42,586 bases of DNA from an uncultured Gammaproteobacteria bacterium (GCA_964432015.1 CAYSLZ010000002.1:1-42586); one strand, 5' to 3'; shown: positions 6,923-16,138, numbered from the stretch's first letter. Made by a program: numbers and translations. Notes: a model not told the origin generated them from the letters alone.

Positions 6923-8270
6923 GCTATTTAATTCCTTAACTGATAAAAAAGAAACTTTCAGATCAATAGAGAATGGCAGGGTTAAACTCTATACTTGCGG
7001 TCCAACTGTTTACGGGCCGGGTCATTTGGGTCATGCCCGGTCTTATGTTAGCTTTGATTTGCTCAAAAGGACTTTTCTTTATAACGGCTATCAGGTGAAC
7101 CATATTTTGAATATTACTGATGTTCACGATGATATGATAAAAACCGCTAATAAATTAGATATTTCTATTCAGGAATTAGCCGATAAATATATTCCTCTCT
7201 TTAAAAAAGATTTAGCCGATTTGAATGTTCTACCGGCTGATAAATATCCCCGGGTTACCGACCATATTGAGGAGATTATAGAAATGGTTAAAAAATTAAT
7301 TGATAAAGGTTATGCTTATGTTAAAAAAGACGGGTCAGTTTATTTTGATGTCGGTAAATTTAACGATTACGGCCAACTTTCCGGAATAAAACTTGAGGAG
7401 TCAAAAACAGGAACCAGAGTAGAGACGGATAAATATGACAAAGAAAACGCCGCTGATTTTGCTTTGTGGAAAGGACATAAAGAAGGGGAGCCTTTTTGGA
7501 AAAGTCCCTGGGGTAAAGGCAGGCCGGGCTGGCATATTGAGTGTTCTGTTATGGCAACGAAATATTTAGGCGAAACTATTGATATCCATGCTGGAGCAAT
7601 GGATTTAAAGTTTCCTCATCATGAAAATGAAATTGCCCAATCGGAAGCCGCTAACGGCCAAAATTTTGTCAATTATTGGCTCCATGCGGGATTACTGGAA
7701 GTGGAAGGTCAAAAAATGAGTAAATCTTTAGGAAATTATTTAGAAATAGCGGATGTTGTTGACAAGGGGTTTGAGCCTCTTTCTTTACGTTATTTATTTT
7801 TAATGACCCATTATCGGTCACAATTAAATTTTACTTGGAAAGGGCTGAACTCAGCTCAACGGGCGTTGAAAAAATTACGTCAAAAAATTGTTGATTTTAA
7901 ATTAGAACAACAAAAAATAAGTCAACAGGAGATCAAAAAATATCGTCAGGAGTTTGTTGATTTGATTAATGATAATTTAGCTGTACCACAAGGTTTAGCC
8001 TTGTTATGGGAGGTAGTTGACAGTGATTTAACCGATGGAGAGAAGATGTTTTTAGTTAAAGATTTTGACCAGATTTTGGGTTTAGATTTGATAGGACAAG
8101 AAAAAGGAGTTGAAATTCCCGAAGTTATTTTAAAATTAGCTGAGAAAAGAGAACAACTGCGTCAGCAAAAAAAATGGGAGGAAGCAGATACGCTTCGATT
8201 AAAAATAAACCAAAAAGGTTATCGGGTAAAGGATACAGAATCCGGTTATAAAATTCATCAGCTTGACTAA
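6909..8270 (+). CDS. cysS: Cysteine--tRNA ligase
   Basis: GTG start. CGPTVYGPGHLGHARSY (HIGH), WHIECS, HHENE and KMSKSLGN motifs. Confidence 0.95.
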   Translation: MVKIKLFNSLTDKKETFRSIENGRVKLYTCGPTVYGPGHLGHARSYVSFDLLKRTFLYNGYQVNHILNITDVHDDMIKTANKLDISIQELADKYIPLFKKDLADLNVLPADKYPRVTDHIEEIIEMVKKLIDKGYAYVKKDGSVYFDVGKFNDYGQLSGIKLEESKTGTRVETDKYDKENAADFALWKGHKEGEPFWKSPWGKGRPGWHIECSVMATKYLGETIDIHAGAMDLKFPHHENEIAQSEAANGQNFVNYWLHAGLLEVEGQKMSKSLGNYLEIADVVDKGFEPLSLRYLFLMTHYRSQLNFTWKGLNSAQRALKKLRQKIVDFKLEQQKISQQEIKKYRQEFVDLINDNLAVPQGLALLWEVVDSDLTDGEKMFLVKDFDQILGLDLIGQEKGVEIPEVILKLAEKREQLRQQKKWEEADTLRLKINQKGYRVKDTESGYKIHQLD

Positions 8271-8303
8271 AGGGTCAACTTGCAAGTATAATAATCAAGA
8301 AAA

Positions 8304-8594
8304 ATGGCAGTAAATTATGAATTTGTTTTTTTAACACCGACAGAAATAGATAAGGAGAAGGTCGAGAAGACATTCTCGCAGTTAGAAAAACAGCTAAAGA
8401 CAATTGACGGAAAAATTACAAAAAAGGAAGATTGGGGTAAAAAGAATCTGGCCTACAAGATTAAGGGGAACGACCAGGCTGACTTTTGGGTTTGGGATTT
8501 AGAGCTCCCCGAAGAAACCAAGTTTTCTTCTTTGAATACCTTTTTAAATCGTAATGAAATAATTATTCGTTATTTATTATTAAAAAAGGATTAA
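8304..8594 (+). CDS. rpsF: 30S ribosomal protein S6
   Basis: YEFVFLTP... start, WGKKNLAYKI motif, and the conserved rpsF-ssb-rpsR gene order. Confidence 0.9.
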   Translation: MAVNYEFVFLTPTEIDKEKVEKTFSQLEKQLKTIDGKITKKEDWGKKNLAYKIKGNDQADFWVWDLELPEETKFSSLNTFLNRNEIIIRYLLLKKD

Positions 8595-8604
8595 AGGAGG
8601 ATTT

Positions 8605-9129
8605 ATGTCAACTCGCTGTCTTAATCGCATCATGTTATTAGGTAATTTAACCCGTGATCCGGAACTGCGTTATACCCCGAGTGGAACAGCAGTTTGTAAT
8701 TTTGGATTAGCGACAAATCGTCGGTGGACGACTAGTGACGGAGATGAGAAGGAAGCAGCCCAATTTCACCGGATAGTTGCCTGGGCGCAGTTAGCCGAAC
8801 TTTGTTCTCAACTGCTTTATAAAGGGGCTAAAGCTTATGTTGGCGGAAGAATCCAGTATCGTGAATGGACCGGTGACGATGATGTTAAGCGTCAGACAAC
8901 AGAAGTTGTTATTGACGACATGATTTTACTTTCTTCACGTGAAGATTCCGGGTATAATGCTCAGTCTGATGAGTCAGCTGAAACAGAACCAGAGCCGCCG
9001 GTTGAAGAGGATGAAGAAAGCGGCAGTGACGATAGCGATGAAGAGAAAAGCATAGAAGAGGATTTTGAAAAAAAACAAGCTGAGGATAAAAAAAAGGAAG
9101 ATGACGAGGATAAAGATATTCCTTTTTAA
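8605..9129 (+). CDS. ssb: Single-stranded DNA-binding protein
   Basis: LNRIMLLGNLTRDPELRYTPSGTAVCNFGLATNR OB fold, acidic tail ending DIPF, and an AGGAGG RBS. Confidence 0.9.
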   Translation: MSTRCLNRIMLLGNLTRDPELRYTPSGTAVCNFGLATNRRWTTSDGDEKEAAQFHRIVAWAQLAELCSQLLYKGAKAYVGGRIQYREWTGDDDVKRQTTEVVIDDMILLSSREDSGYNAQSDESAETEPEPPVEEDEESGSDDSDEEKSIEEDFEKKQAEDKKKEDDEDKDIPF

Positions 9130-9157
9130 TATAAATTTAAAACTCAAATAAAGATAA

Positions 9158-9391
9158 ATGGCCAGAAGAAAAAAACAACGACCAGTAAAAAGAAATTGTC
9201 AGTTTTGCCAGCAGGGGATTACCCCTTATTGGCAGGATTATCAAGATTTAAAAACTTATTTGTCACCGAGAATGAGGATTTTGTCCCGGGAGAAAACTGG
9301 TGTTTGTGCAAAACATCAGCGCTTGTTGGCAAAATCAGTTAAGCATGCACGGCACTTGGGTTTACTTCCCTTCATTACTCGTGTAAGCTAG
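9158..9391 (+). CDS. rpsR: 30S ribosomal protein S18
   Basis: CQFC..., YLSPRMRILSREKTGVCAKHQRLLAKSVKHARHLGLLPF. Confidence 0.9.
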   Translation: MARRKKQRPVKRNCQFCQQGITPYWQDYQDLKTYLSPRMRILSREKTGVCAKHQRLLAKSVKHARHLGLLPFITRVS

Positions 9392-9402
9392 TTAGTACTT
9401 TG

Positions 9403-9921
9403 ATGAGTAAAACAGTATGGGTTATCAAACTACCAGAAGAAGCCGAAGTTTTGGTTGAAAGTGGAAAAAAGGTTAGTCAAAAAGAACTTTTAGCTAAAAA
9501 AAAGGATAAAGAAATAAAGGCCCCTACTAAGGGGACAGTTGTAGAATTAGGGAACGGGAAAATAAAACTAGAGTTTAAGACAGAAAAAATTACTGGACAG
9601 GGTTTAAATAATCTTCATCGTTGGGGTGTTTTAACTTGGCATCCTGAATTGAGTTTTACTCAGCTTGACCACAGCTTCCAAAATCAAATTCTTGTTCTTC
9701 AGGCGGAAAATTTTACTTCTCATTTGATTTCTAAAGCTAGGACTTTGGGCGTCAGCGGGTTAATAGTTTTTGGTGAGAAAATAAAGAAAAATAATTGGCC
9801 GATACCGGTTTTGGTTGTTGACAAAGACAATGCAGAATTGATAAAAAAAAGACATGGAGTGAAATGTTTATTAAATGCAAACAGCAATTGTTTGTTAATA
9901 CCAGAAGGGGCTGAAAGCTGA
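9403..9921 (+). CDS. Hypothetical protein
   Basis: ORF in the operon after rpsR. ATG 9403 is preferred over TTG 9400. No recognisable motif. Confidence 0.4.
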   Translation: MSKTVWVIKLPEEAEVLVESGKKVSQKELLAKKKDKEIKAPTKGTVVELGNGKIKLEFKTEKITGQGLNNLHRWGVLTWHPELSFTQLDHSFQNQILVLQAENFTSHLISKARTLGVSGLIVFGEKIKKNNWPIPVLVVDKDNAELIKKRHGVKCLLNANSNCLLIPEGAES

Positions 9922-9926
9922 GGGCT

Positions 9927-9951
9927 TAATGCTCAATGCGTAATGCTCAAT
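9927..9951 (+). repeat. Direct repeat TAATGCTCAAT x2 with a 14-nt period
   Basis: taatgctcaat gcg taatgctcaat lies in the 44-nt gap between CDS 9403-9921 and ctpA. Confidence 0.8.
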
Positions 9952-9965
9952 ATTGAAAAATATAA

Positions 9966-11207
9966 ATGCAAAGAAAAGAAATGTTTAGAAAAATTAGAAA
10001 AGTCGTTTTAATTTTAGCTTTAGTTGTAACGGCAAGCTATATAGGGTATGGGGTTGGTCTTCGTCGTAGGGACAAGTCGCGACTTGTCCCAACAGGTAAA
10101 AATACTAAATCGATTGACCTTTCTAATTTTTGGCTTGTTTGGAACAAATTAGAAGAAAAATATTTAAATGAAGAAAAGCTGGATGCCGAGACAATGGTTC
10201 ATGGGGCAATTTCCGGCTTGGTAAACTCTCTAGATGACCCCTACACAGTTTATATGCCTCCCGAGGATAATAAGGTTAGCCAGGAAAATTTAACTGGAAG
10301 TTTTGGCGGTGTGGGAATCAGACTGGGCTGGAAAGATAATCAACTAGCGGTTATTTCGCCTTTAAAGCAAACTCCAGCGGCAGAAGCCGGGGTAAAAGCT
10401 GGTGACTATATTTTAAAAATAACTGATCAAGACAATGGTATTGAGAGAACAACTGAAGACATTACTTTGCCGGAGGCGGTTAAACTTATTCGGGGTGAAA
10501 TTGGAGATGCAGTTACTTTGACTTTAGCTCGAGAATCAAAGTCGGAATCATTTGATGTTGAAATAGTTAGAGGTGAAATTACCATTCCAGCCTTGGAAAC
10601 TAGCTGGGTTGAAAAAGATGGCCGTCAATTCGGCCATGTTCATTTAATGCAGTTTAGTAAAATTATGTATGAAGAGTGGGATAAATGGGTGGAGGAAGTA
10701 AATCAAAAAAAGAATCAGCCTGATTTTGGGGGAGTAGTTTTAGACCTGCGAAATAATCCCGGGGGTTATCTTCAGGGAGCCGTTTATATAGCTGGTGAAT
10801 TTTTACCGCGTGGAAAAACGGTTGTTTGGCAGGAAGATTACCGGGGGACCACTGAAAGTTTTGAGGTTCAACGGTCTGGGAGCTTGTCTGACGTTCCATT
10901 GGTTGTTTTAGTTAACAATGGTTCAGCCTCAGCCTCTGAGATTTTAGCTGGGGCCTTAAGAGACTACCAGCGGGCGCCGGTTATTGGTCAGAAAACTTTT
11001 GGAAAAGGGTCAATACAAGAACCAGTGGAGTTGCCGGATGACGCTGGTTTGCATGTTACCACAGCCAGATGGTTATTTCCGGACAAAAAATCAGTTGATG
11101 AAGGGTTGGAACCGGACATCCAGGTTGAGATTCCAGAAGAAGGAGAAGATTTTGAAAACGATATAATTTTGGAGGAAGGATTAGAAGAGCTGATGGCGGA
11201 AGGCTAA
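9966..11207 (+). CDS. ctpA: Carboxy-terminal processing peptidase (S41) with PDZ domain
   Basis: N-terminal TM helix, DPYTVYMPP, GGVGI, PDZ (PAAEAGVKAGDYILKI), LDLRNNPGGYL, GSASASEILAGAL and KTFGKGSIQ. Confidence 0.85.
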   Translation: MQRKEMFRKIRKVVLILALVVTASYIGYGVGLRRRDKSRLVPTGKNTKSIDLSNFWLVWNKLEEKYLNEEKLDAETMVHGAISGLVNSLDDPYTVYMPPEDNKVSQENLTGSFGGVGIRLGWKDNQLAVISPLKQTPAAEAGVKAGDYILKITDQDNGIERTTEDITLPEAVKLIRGEIGDAVTLTLARESKSESFDVEIVRGEITIPALETSWVEKDGRQFGHVHLMQFSKIMYEEWDKWVEEVNQKKNQPDFGGVVLDLRNNPGGYLQGAVYIAGEFLPRGKTVVWQEDYRGTTESFEVQRSGSLSDVPLVVLVNNGSASASEILAGALRDYQRAPVIGQKTFGKGSIQEPVELPDDAGLHVTTARWLFPDKKSVDEGLEPDIQVEIPEEGEDFENDIILEEGLEELMAEG

Positions 11208-12365
11208 ATGCTTAATGCAATGAAAAAATTAAAGTTTTTTCTAGCCGGTTTTGGAGTTGGCTTACTTCTTTTGATATCACTAGTTTTGGGTGGAATTGGC
11301 AGTCGGTTGGGGTGGTTTGGATTTCTTGACCAATATTTTCCTACTGTCATTGGAGAGCCGGGCCAAGCTTATGTTGAAAACAAAGTGCTTAAAGAAGAAT
11401 CAGTGGTTATTGATGTTGTTGAAAATTCAGCTCCTTCAGTAGTTACGGTTTCGATAAGTAAAACCCAGCAGGTCCCCCGTTTAAATTTTGACCCTTTTGG
11501 TTTTTTTGATTATGAAACAGAAAAGCGGCAGATTGAACAAAATATTGGTTCAGGTTTTATTCCGAAGAAGAATTTAGTTATAACTAATAAGCATGTGGTT
11601 AATGATACATCGGCAACTTACAAAGTAGTCGATCAAGACGGGGAAGAGTATTCAGTCGAGAATATTTATCGTGATCCAGCCAATGATTTAGCTATTTTAA
11701 AAATAAATGCTGATATTTCTCCTATAGAATTAGGCAGCTCGGAAGAATTGCAGGTTGGCCAACTTGCAGTGGCTATTGGAACTGCCTTAGGTGAATTTAG
11801 ACACACAGTAACTACCGGAGTTATCTCGGGTTTAGGTCGAGGGATTACTGCTGGGTCGGTTTATCAAGGTTATGTGGAAAGAATTGATAATGTTATTCAA
11901 ACAGATGCGGCTATAAATCCGGGAAATTCCGGAGGCCCGTTGATTAACTCTGATGGTCAGGTTATTGGAGTTAATGTTGCGGTAGCTGGTCAGGCTGAAA
12001 ACATCGGTTTTGCTATTCCAATTGATATTGTTAAAGATAGTTTAAAGACTTTTGAGGAAACTGGAGAGTTTAGGCGGGCGTTTTTGGGTGTTGAGTATCA
12101 GATGATTTCAGAAAGGGCGGCACTGCTTAATGAAGTTCCTCAGGGAGCCTATGTTGGCAATGTGGTTTCTGATTCTGCCGCAGGCCGGGCTGGTTTAAAA
12201 GAAGGAGATATTATTACTCACCTGGATGGACAGAGGGTTTCAGAGAAGGAAAAGGATTTAGCCGAAATTATTAATCAGAAAAAAGTCGGCGATACAATTG
12301 AAATTAAATACTGGCGAGAAGGAGAAGAAAAGACAGCTAGTGTTCGGTTGGGGGAGAGAGAGTAA
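11208..12365 (+). CDS. htrA: HtrA/DegP-type serine protease with PDZ domain
   Basis: Catalytic triad contexts TNKHV, NDLAILKI and GNSGGPL. C-terminal PDZ (AAGRAGLKEGDIITHLDG). TAAATG junction with ctpA. Confidence 0.85.
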   Translation: MLNAMKKLKFFLAGFGVGLLLLISLVLGGIGSRLGWFGFLDQYFPTVIGEPGQAYVENKVLKEESVVIDVVENSAPSVVTVSISKTQQVPRLNFDPFGFFDYETEKRQIEQNIGSGFIPKKNLVITNKHVVNDTSATYKVVDQDGEEYSVENIYRDPANDLAILKINADISPIELGSSEELQVGQLAVAIGTALGEFRHTVTTGVISGLGRGITAGSVYQGYVERIDNVIQTDAAINPGNSGGPLINSDGQVIGVNVAVAGQAENIGFAIPIDIVKDSLKTFEETGEFRRAFLGVEYQMISERAALLNEVPQGAYVGNVVSDSAAGRAGLKEGDIITHLDGQRVSEKEKDLAEIINQKKVGDTIEIKYWREGEEKTASVRLGERE

Positions 12366-12371
12366 AAAATT

Positions 12372-12404
12372 CACAATTTTCAAATTTTCAAATTTTCAAA
12401 AATA
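12372..12404 (+). repeat. 8-nt tandem repeat (CAAATTTT), about 3.5 units
   Basis: cacaatttt caaatttt caaatttt caaaaata, directly after the htrA stop and overlapping the putative rpmE -35. Confidence 0.8.
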
Positions 12405-12422
12405 AGTATTTTATGGTACAAT
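12395..12422 (+). promoter_or_regulatory. Putative sigma70-type promoter for rpmE-prfA
   Basis: TTCAAA (12395-12400), a 16-nt spacer, then TGgTACAAT (extended -10, hexamer 12417-12422), 10 nt before the rpmE ATG. Confidence 0.4.
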
Positions 12423-12432
12423 TTTTAGCGTA

Positions 12433-12702
12433 ATGAAACAAGGAATACATCCAAAATACCATGATCAAGCAAAAGTAACTTGTACGTGTGGGAATACTTT
12501 TACTACCGGGTCAACTTTGGCTGAAATTGAAGTAGAAATTTGTTCTCAATGTCATCCCTTTTTTACTGGAGAAACTAAATATTTAGATACTGAGGGCAGA
12601 ATTGAACGTTTTGAAAGAAAAAGGAAAATGGCAAAAGGCTCAAAGCCTAAGCCTAAAAGCAAGAAAAAGACTTCGAAAAAGAAAAAAAACGATGAAGATT
12701 AA
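12433..12702 (+). CDS. rpmE: 50S ribosomal protein L31 (Cys4 type) with a Lys-rich tail
   Basis: [15 protein letters not shown]...[10 protein letters not shown], plus an extra [15 protein letters not shown] tail. Confidence 0.9.
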   Translation: MKQGIHPKYHDQAKVTCTCGNTFTTGSTLAEIEVEICSQCHPFFTGETKYLDTEGRIERFERKRKMAKGSKPKPKSKKKTSKKKKNDED

Positions 12703-13372
12703 CTCCAATGTGGCAATACTGGAAATACAACCTGGTGCAGGAGGTACAGAGGCTAAAATATGGACCAAAGATCTTTTACGAATGTATTTGCAGTATGCTA
12801 AAAAAAAGGGTTGGCGGGTAGGGAAAATAGACGAAGATAAATTTCAAATTGTTGGTAAAAACGCATTTAATCAACTTCGACAGGAAACTGGTACTCATCG
12901 AGTACAGCGTATTCCGGAAACAGAAAAACATGACCGGATACACACTTCAACAGCAGTTGTTGTTGTTTTGCCTAAGGTAGCAGTTAATCCAAAAGAAATA
13001 AAAGAGGAGGATTTGGAATGGGATTTTTTCAGATCAGGTGGTCATGGCGGTCAAAACGTTAATAAAGTTTCCACTGCTGTGCGCCTAACTCACAAACCAA
13101 GTGGAATAACCGTAGAGTGTCAAAAAGAGCGCAGTCAACAAAAAAACCGTCAAATTGCCTTAAATTTACTTGCTTCACAGCTTTGGCAGCGGGCTCAGGC
13201 TAAAAAGAAAGGTTACGTTGGTCAAATTCGTCAGTCAGCCGGTTCAGGCCGTCGGTCAGATAAGATTAGAACCTATAACTTTCAGCAAAATCGGGTAACC
13301 GATCATCGCACCGGTAAAAAATCCCGTCAACTCGAAGATATCCTCAACGGCTCACTTAATTTAATCAAGTAA
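12692..13372 (+). CDS. prfA: Peptide chain release factor 1, short form lacking N-terminal domain 1
   Basis: ATG 12692 overlaps the rpmE end. [22 protein letters not shown] (PxT-type decoding tripeptide), [20 protein letters not shown] (GGQ) and [14 protein letters not shown]. Only 226 aa. Confidence 0.8.
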   Translation: MKINSNVAILEIQPGAGGTEAKIWTKDLLRMYLQYAKKKGWRVGKIDEDKFQIVGKNAFNQLRQETGTHRVQRIPETEKHDRIHTSTAVVVVLPKVAVNPKEIKEEDLEWDFFRSGGHGGQNVNKVSTAVRLTHKPSGITVECQKERSQQKNRQIALNLLASQLWQRAQAKKKGYVGQIRQSAGSGRRSDKIRTYNFQQNRVTDHRTGKKSRQLEDILNGSLNLIK

Positions 13373-13378
13373 TACTCC

Positions 13379-13407
13379 TTGACAAGATTAATATGTTGTG
13401 GTTAAAT
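13379..13407 (+). promoter_or_regulatory. Putative promoter for vapBC
   Basis: TTGACA (13379-13384), a 17-nt spacer, TTAAAT (13402-13407), and the ATG 9 nt downstream (very short leader). Confidence 0.45.
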
Positions 13408-13416
13408 TAATATATT

Positions 13417-13677
13417 ATGCAGCAAGTAGTATCAATTACATCGCAAGGTCAAATGACAATTCCTGCTAGTATGAAGAGAAAATTGAATTTTGACAATAAA
13501 GCCCTTGTAAAGGTTAGGGGGAAAAAACTGGTTGTAGAACCGGTTGGAGATATATTGAAACTTGGGGGTGTTTTTAAGGATAAAGCCTTAAAAGATAAAT
13601 CTATTGAGGAGATAATTGAGTTGGAGAAGAAAGCGGTTGTTGAGGCAATATCCAAGGATGAATTGAAAAATGACTAA
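13417..13677 (+). CDS. AbrB/SpoVT-type antitoxin (VapB-like)
   Basis: 86 aa. SQGQMTIPASMKRKLNF...KVRGKKLVVEP looped-hinge-helix pattern. Overlaps the downstream PIN gene by 8 nt. Confidence 0.7.
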   Translation: MQQVVSITSQGQMTIPASMKRKLNFDNKALVKVRGKKLVVEPVGDILKLGGVFKDKALKDKSIEEIIELEKKAVVEAISKDELKND

Positions 13678-14053
13678 AAATTATCTTGTAGATACTAATG
13701 TTTTTCTACGTTATTTCCTTCAGGATAACGAAGAACAGTATCAAAAGGCAAAAAAATGGTTAAACAAGGCCAAGAAAAAGAAGTTTAATCTGGTTGTTTT
13801 TCCCCAGGTGATTTTTGAAATAAATTATGTGCTTTCGAACGTATACGGATTGAGTAAAAAAGAGGTTGCGGATTGTTTAAAAGAAATTATTGTTACTCCA
13901 TATTTGGAAATTATAGATAGAGGAGTTCTTCTGTCAACAATAAATGAGTTTAGGAAAATAAATGTCGATTTGATTGACATTTATTTGCATTTTCAGGCCA
14001 AAGACAAAAAAGCAAAAGTACTCACTTTTGATAAGGATTTTAACAAGTTGTAG
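13670..14053 (+). CDS. vapC: PIN-domain toxin (VapC-like)
   Basis: 127 aa. YLVDTNVFLRYF N-terminal acidic motif and later D residues (LIDIYL, TFDKDF) typical of PIN. Confidence 0.7.
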   Translation: MTKNYLVDTNVFLRYFLQDNEEQYQKAKKWLNKAKKKKFNLVVFPQVIFEINYVLSNVYGLSKKEVADCLKEIIVTPYLEIIDRGVLLSTINEFRKINVDLIDIYLHFQAKDKKAKVLTFDKDFNKL

Positions 14054-14071
14054 CTTTGATGGAATTCATTG

Positions 14072-15307
14072 TCAAGAAGAAAGTTTTTTGATGGTTTCTT
14101 CTAGCGAAAGGGTTTTTTGGTTGCCGGATTTCATGTTTTTGAGGGCTAAACAATCTTTTTCTGCTTCTTCTGGGCCGATGATAACCACCCATGGAATGTT
14201 TTTCTTATTGGCATAGTCCAATTGTTTATCTAATCTTTCATCTTCTTCTAGATACAATTCAGTGTTAATATTTTCTTTTCGCAAATTTTTTGCTGTTTGG
14301 ATTGACTTTTCTTTTAATTCCGGTGAAAAAACAGTAACTAAAACTTTAGTTGGGTTAGGGGAGAGGTCAGGCAGTTTATTTACTTCCTTTAGTAATTCAT
14401 AAATAGGCATATCTCCTACGGCAAATCCAATGCCGGTTATTTTTTTTCTGCCGCCGACTTGTTTGGTCAAATCATCGTAGCGTCCGCCGCCGAATAAAGC
14501 CCGATTAAGAGTAGAATTAATACTCCAGGCTTCAAAGACTGTTCCGGTGTAATAATCTAAGCCGCGGACCAAACTTTTGTCAAATTCTACGTATTCGCTT
14601 AGGTCATATTTTTCCATTTGATTAAAAATAACAGTTAAACGTTTTGAGTCGGAATAATCATTATCCTTAATTAAATCTAAAAGCTCTTCAGTTTTATTTT
14701 TTTCAATTCCTTCACTAACCAACCAGTTTTGCCAATCTTCCTCGGACAATTTGTCCAGCTTATCAATATAAGGAAAGAATTTCTTGTCAATAGATTTTTC
14801 TAAAAATTGACGGTCGTTGATTTTAATCTTTACTTCTTGAGGAGTTAGACCGAGATTTTTTAATGATAAACAGGCAAGAGTTAAAATTTCAATATCTGCT
14901 TGTATGTTATTTGATCCTAATATATCAATGTTCCACTGAAAAAAAGAACGTCCACGACCTTTTTGGGGCGATTCATATCGGAAAAAGCGTCCGTATGACT
15001 GCCATTTAACCGGCAGTTCTAATTGATATTGTTTTTGGGCGATGATTCTCGCCAAGGTTGGAGTTAGCTCTGGCCTTAATATGTAGCTTTTATCTTTGTC
15101 AGTAAATTTAAAAGTCTGATTTTCAATTATTTCTTGGCTTGTTTTAGATTCATATAGCTCGACCGGTTCCATTAATGGACCCTCATATTCCTGGTAGCCA
15201 TAGGATTTACCCAAGTTTATCCATTTTTCTTTTAACCAGCTTTGAAACGCCCAGTCGTTAGGATAAAAATCCCGAAAACCTTTTATTGGCTGTAATTTGT
15301 TAGTCAT
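14072..15307 (-). CDS. hisS: Histidine--tRNA ligase
   Basis: GFRDFYP, LRPELTP, FRYESPQKGRGRSFFQWNIDILG (motif 2), GGGRYDDL, GFAVG, and a C-terminal anticodon-binding domain. Confidence 0.9.
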   Translation of the reverse strand: MTNKLQPIKGFRDFYPNDWAFQSWLKEKWINLGKSYGYQEYEGPLMEPVELYESKTSQEIIENQTFKFTDKDKSYILRPELTPTLARIIAQKQYQLELPVKWQSYGRFFRYESPQKGRGRSFFQWNIDILGSNNIQADIEILTLACLSLKNLGLTPQEVKIKINDRQFLEKSIDKKFFPYIDKLDKLSEEDWQNWLVSEGIEKNKTEELLDLIKDNDYSDSKRLTVIFNQMEKYDLSEYVEFDKSLVRGLDYYTGTVFEAWSINSTLNRALFGGGRYDDLTKQVGGRKKITGIGFAVGDMPIYELLKEVNKLPDLSPNPTKVLVTVFSPELKEKSIQTAKNLRKENINTELYLEEDERLDKQLDYANKKNIPWVVIIGPEEAEKDCLALKNMKSGNQKTLSLEETIKKLSS

Positions 15308-15324
15308 GATTATATTTTAGCAGA

Positions 15325-16125
15325 TTATTCTTCGGAAGTTAGGGTAGGGGAGGCGTCGGTAGATTCTGGGGCGGTTTGACCAGATTCAGTAGCCGCTTCT
15401 GATTCTGATTCTGATTCTGATTCTTCTTCTGCTGCTTCAGGTGAAGAGATAACGAGCAGCTCTTCCACTTTATAGGTAGCAGTATTACCGTTAGTTGGGG
15501 AAGTAATAACGACAATTTTTTGATTTGTAGCTAAATCTTGATATTCAATTTCTCCTGTTTCACTATCCTGACGTTTTTTCATGGTTGAATTTTGATCAAA
15601 TATTAGTTCATAACTTTCCTCACCGTTTTTAATGAGGATTATTTCATCCTGTGCTGCTTTTTCAGTGATTGTTCCAAAAAATGACTGTCTTTCCCGCGGT
15701 TCTTTTTCTCCCACTAAAACTATTCTTCTGGCATCTAAACTGCCGTCTACTTGAACATAGCCCATGACAATTGCCCGCTGATTTGTTTCCAGGTCCTGAA
15801 AATCGATTTTTTGGCGGTTTTGGTTAATAATTACTGCTTCGTCGTTTAAAACTGTTGTTCGAATATCTTCGTTGACATTAATTTTAAACCCGGTTGCACT
15901 AGTTTCAGTGATTGTTCCAATCCAGCCCCTTTTTTCTTCTTTATTCAGTATTTCTCCTATTTTTTCCTCAATTTTATCTTTAACAGCGTCACGGACTCCT
16001 TTAGTTTTTGGGTCAACTGTTGGTGTGGGACTAGTTGTTGAGGTTTCCTGTGCCTGTGATCTAAAAGGCAGGAAAAAAATACTGGCGGCGGTTAAACTGA
16101 TAATCAAGAAAAACTTTTTATTCAT
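15325..16125 (-). CDS. Secreted hypothetical protein with two internal repeats and an acidic SE-rich tail
   Basis: Signal peptide MNKKFFLIISLTAASIFFLPFRSQAQE. Two related ~70-aa beta-rich segments (GTITE...). C-terminal ESESESE. Confidence 0.45.
   Translation of the reverse strand: MNKKFFLIISLTAASIFFLPFRSQAQETSTTSPTPTVDPKTKGVRDAVKDKIEEKIGEILNKEEKRGWIGTITETSATGFKINVNEDIRTTVLNDEAVIINQNRQKIDFQDLETNQRAIVMGYVQVDGSLDARRIVLVGEKEPRERQSFFGTITEKAAQDEIILIKNGEESYELIFDQNSTMKKRQDSETGEIEYQDLATNQKIVVITSPTNGNTATYKVEELLVISSPEAAEEESESESESEAATESGQTAPESTDASPTLTSEE
15397..15423. repeat. Hexanucleotide microsatellite (TTCTGA)x4 within the coding sequence
   Basis: ttctgattctgattctgattctgattc on the + strand encodes the (SE)n tract of CDS 15325-16125. 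Confidence 0.9.
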
Positions 16126-16138
16126 TGTCTTTAGCTAT

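Noticed and set aside
12602-12691. N-terminal extension of the release factor ORF ([11 protein letters not shown]...KRKKT)
   Set aside because: It lies inside rpmE in another frame, is Lys/Arg low complexity with no RF domain-1 similarity, and ATG 12692 gives the conserved RF start.
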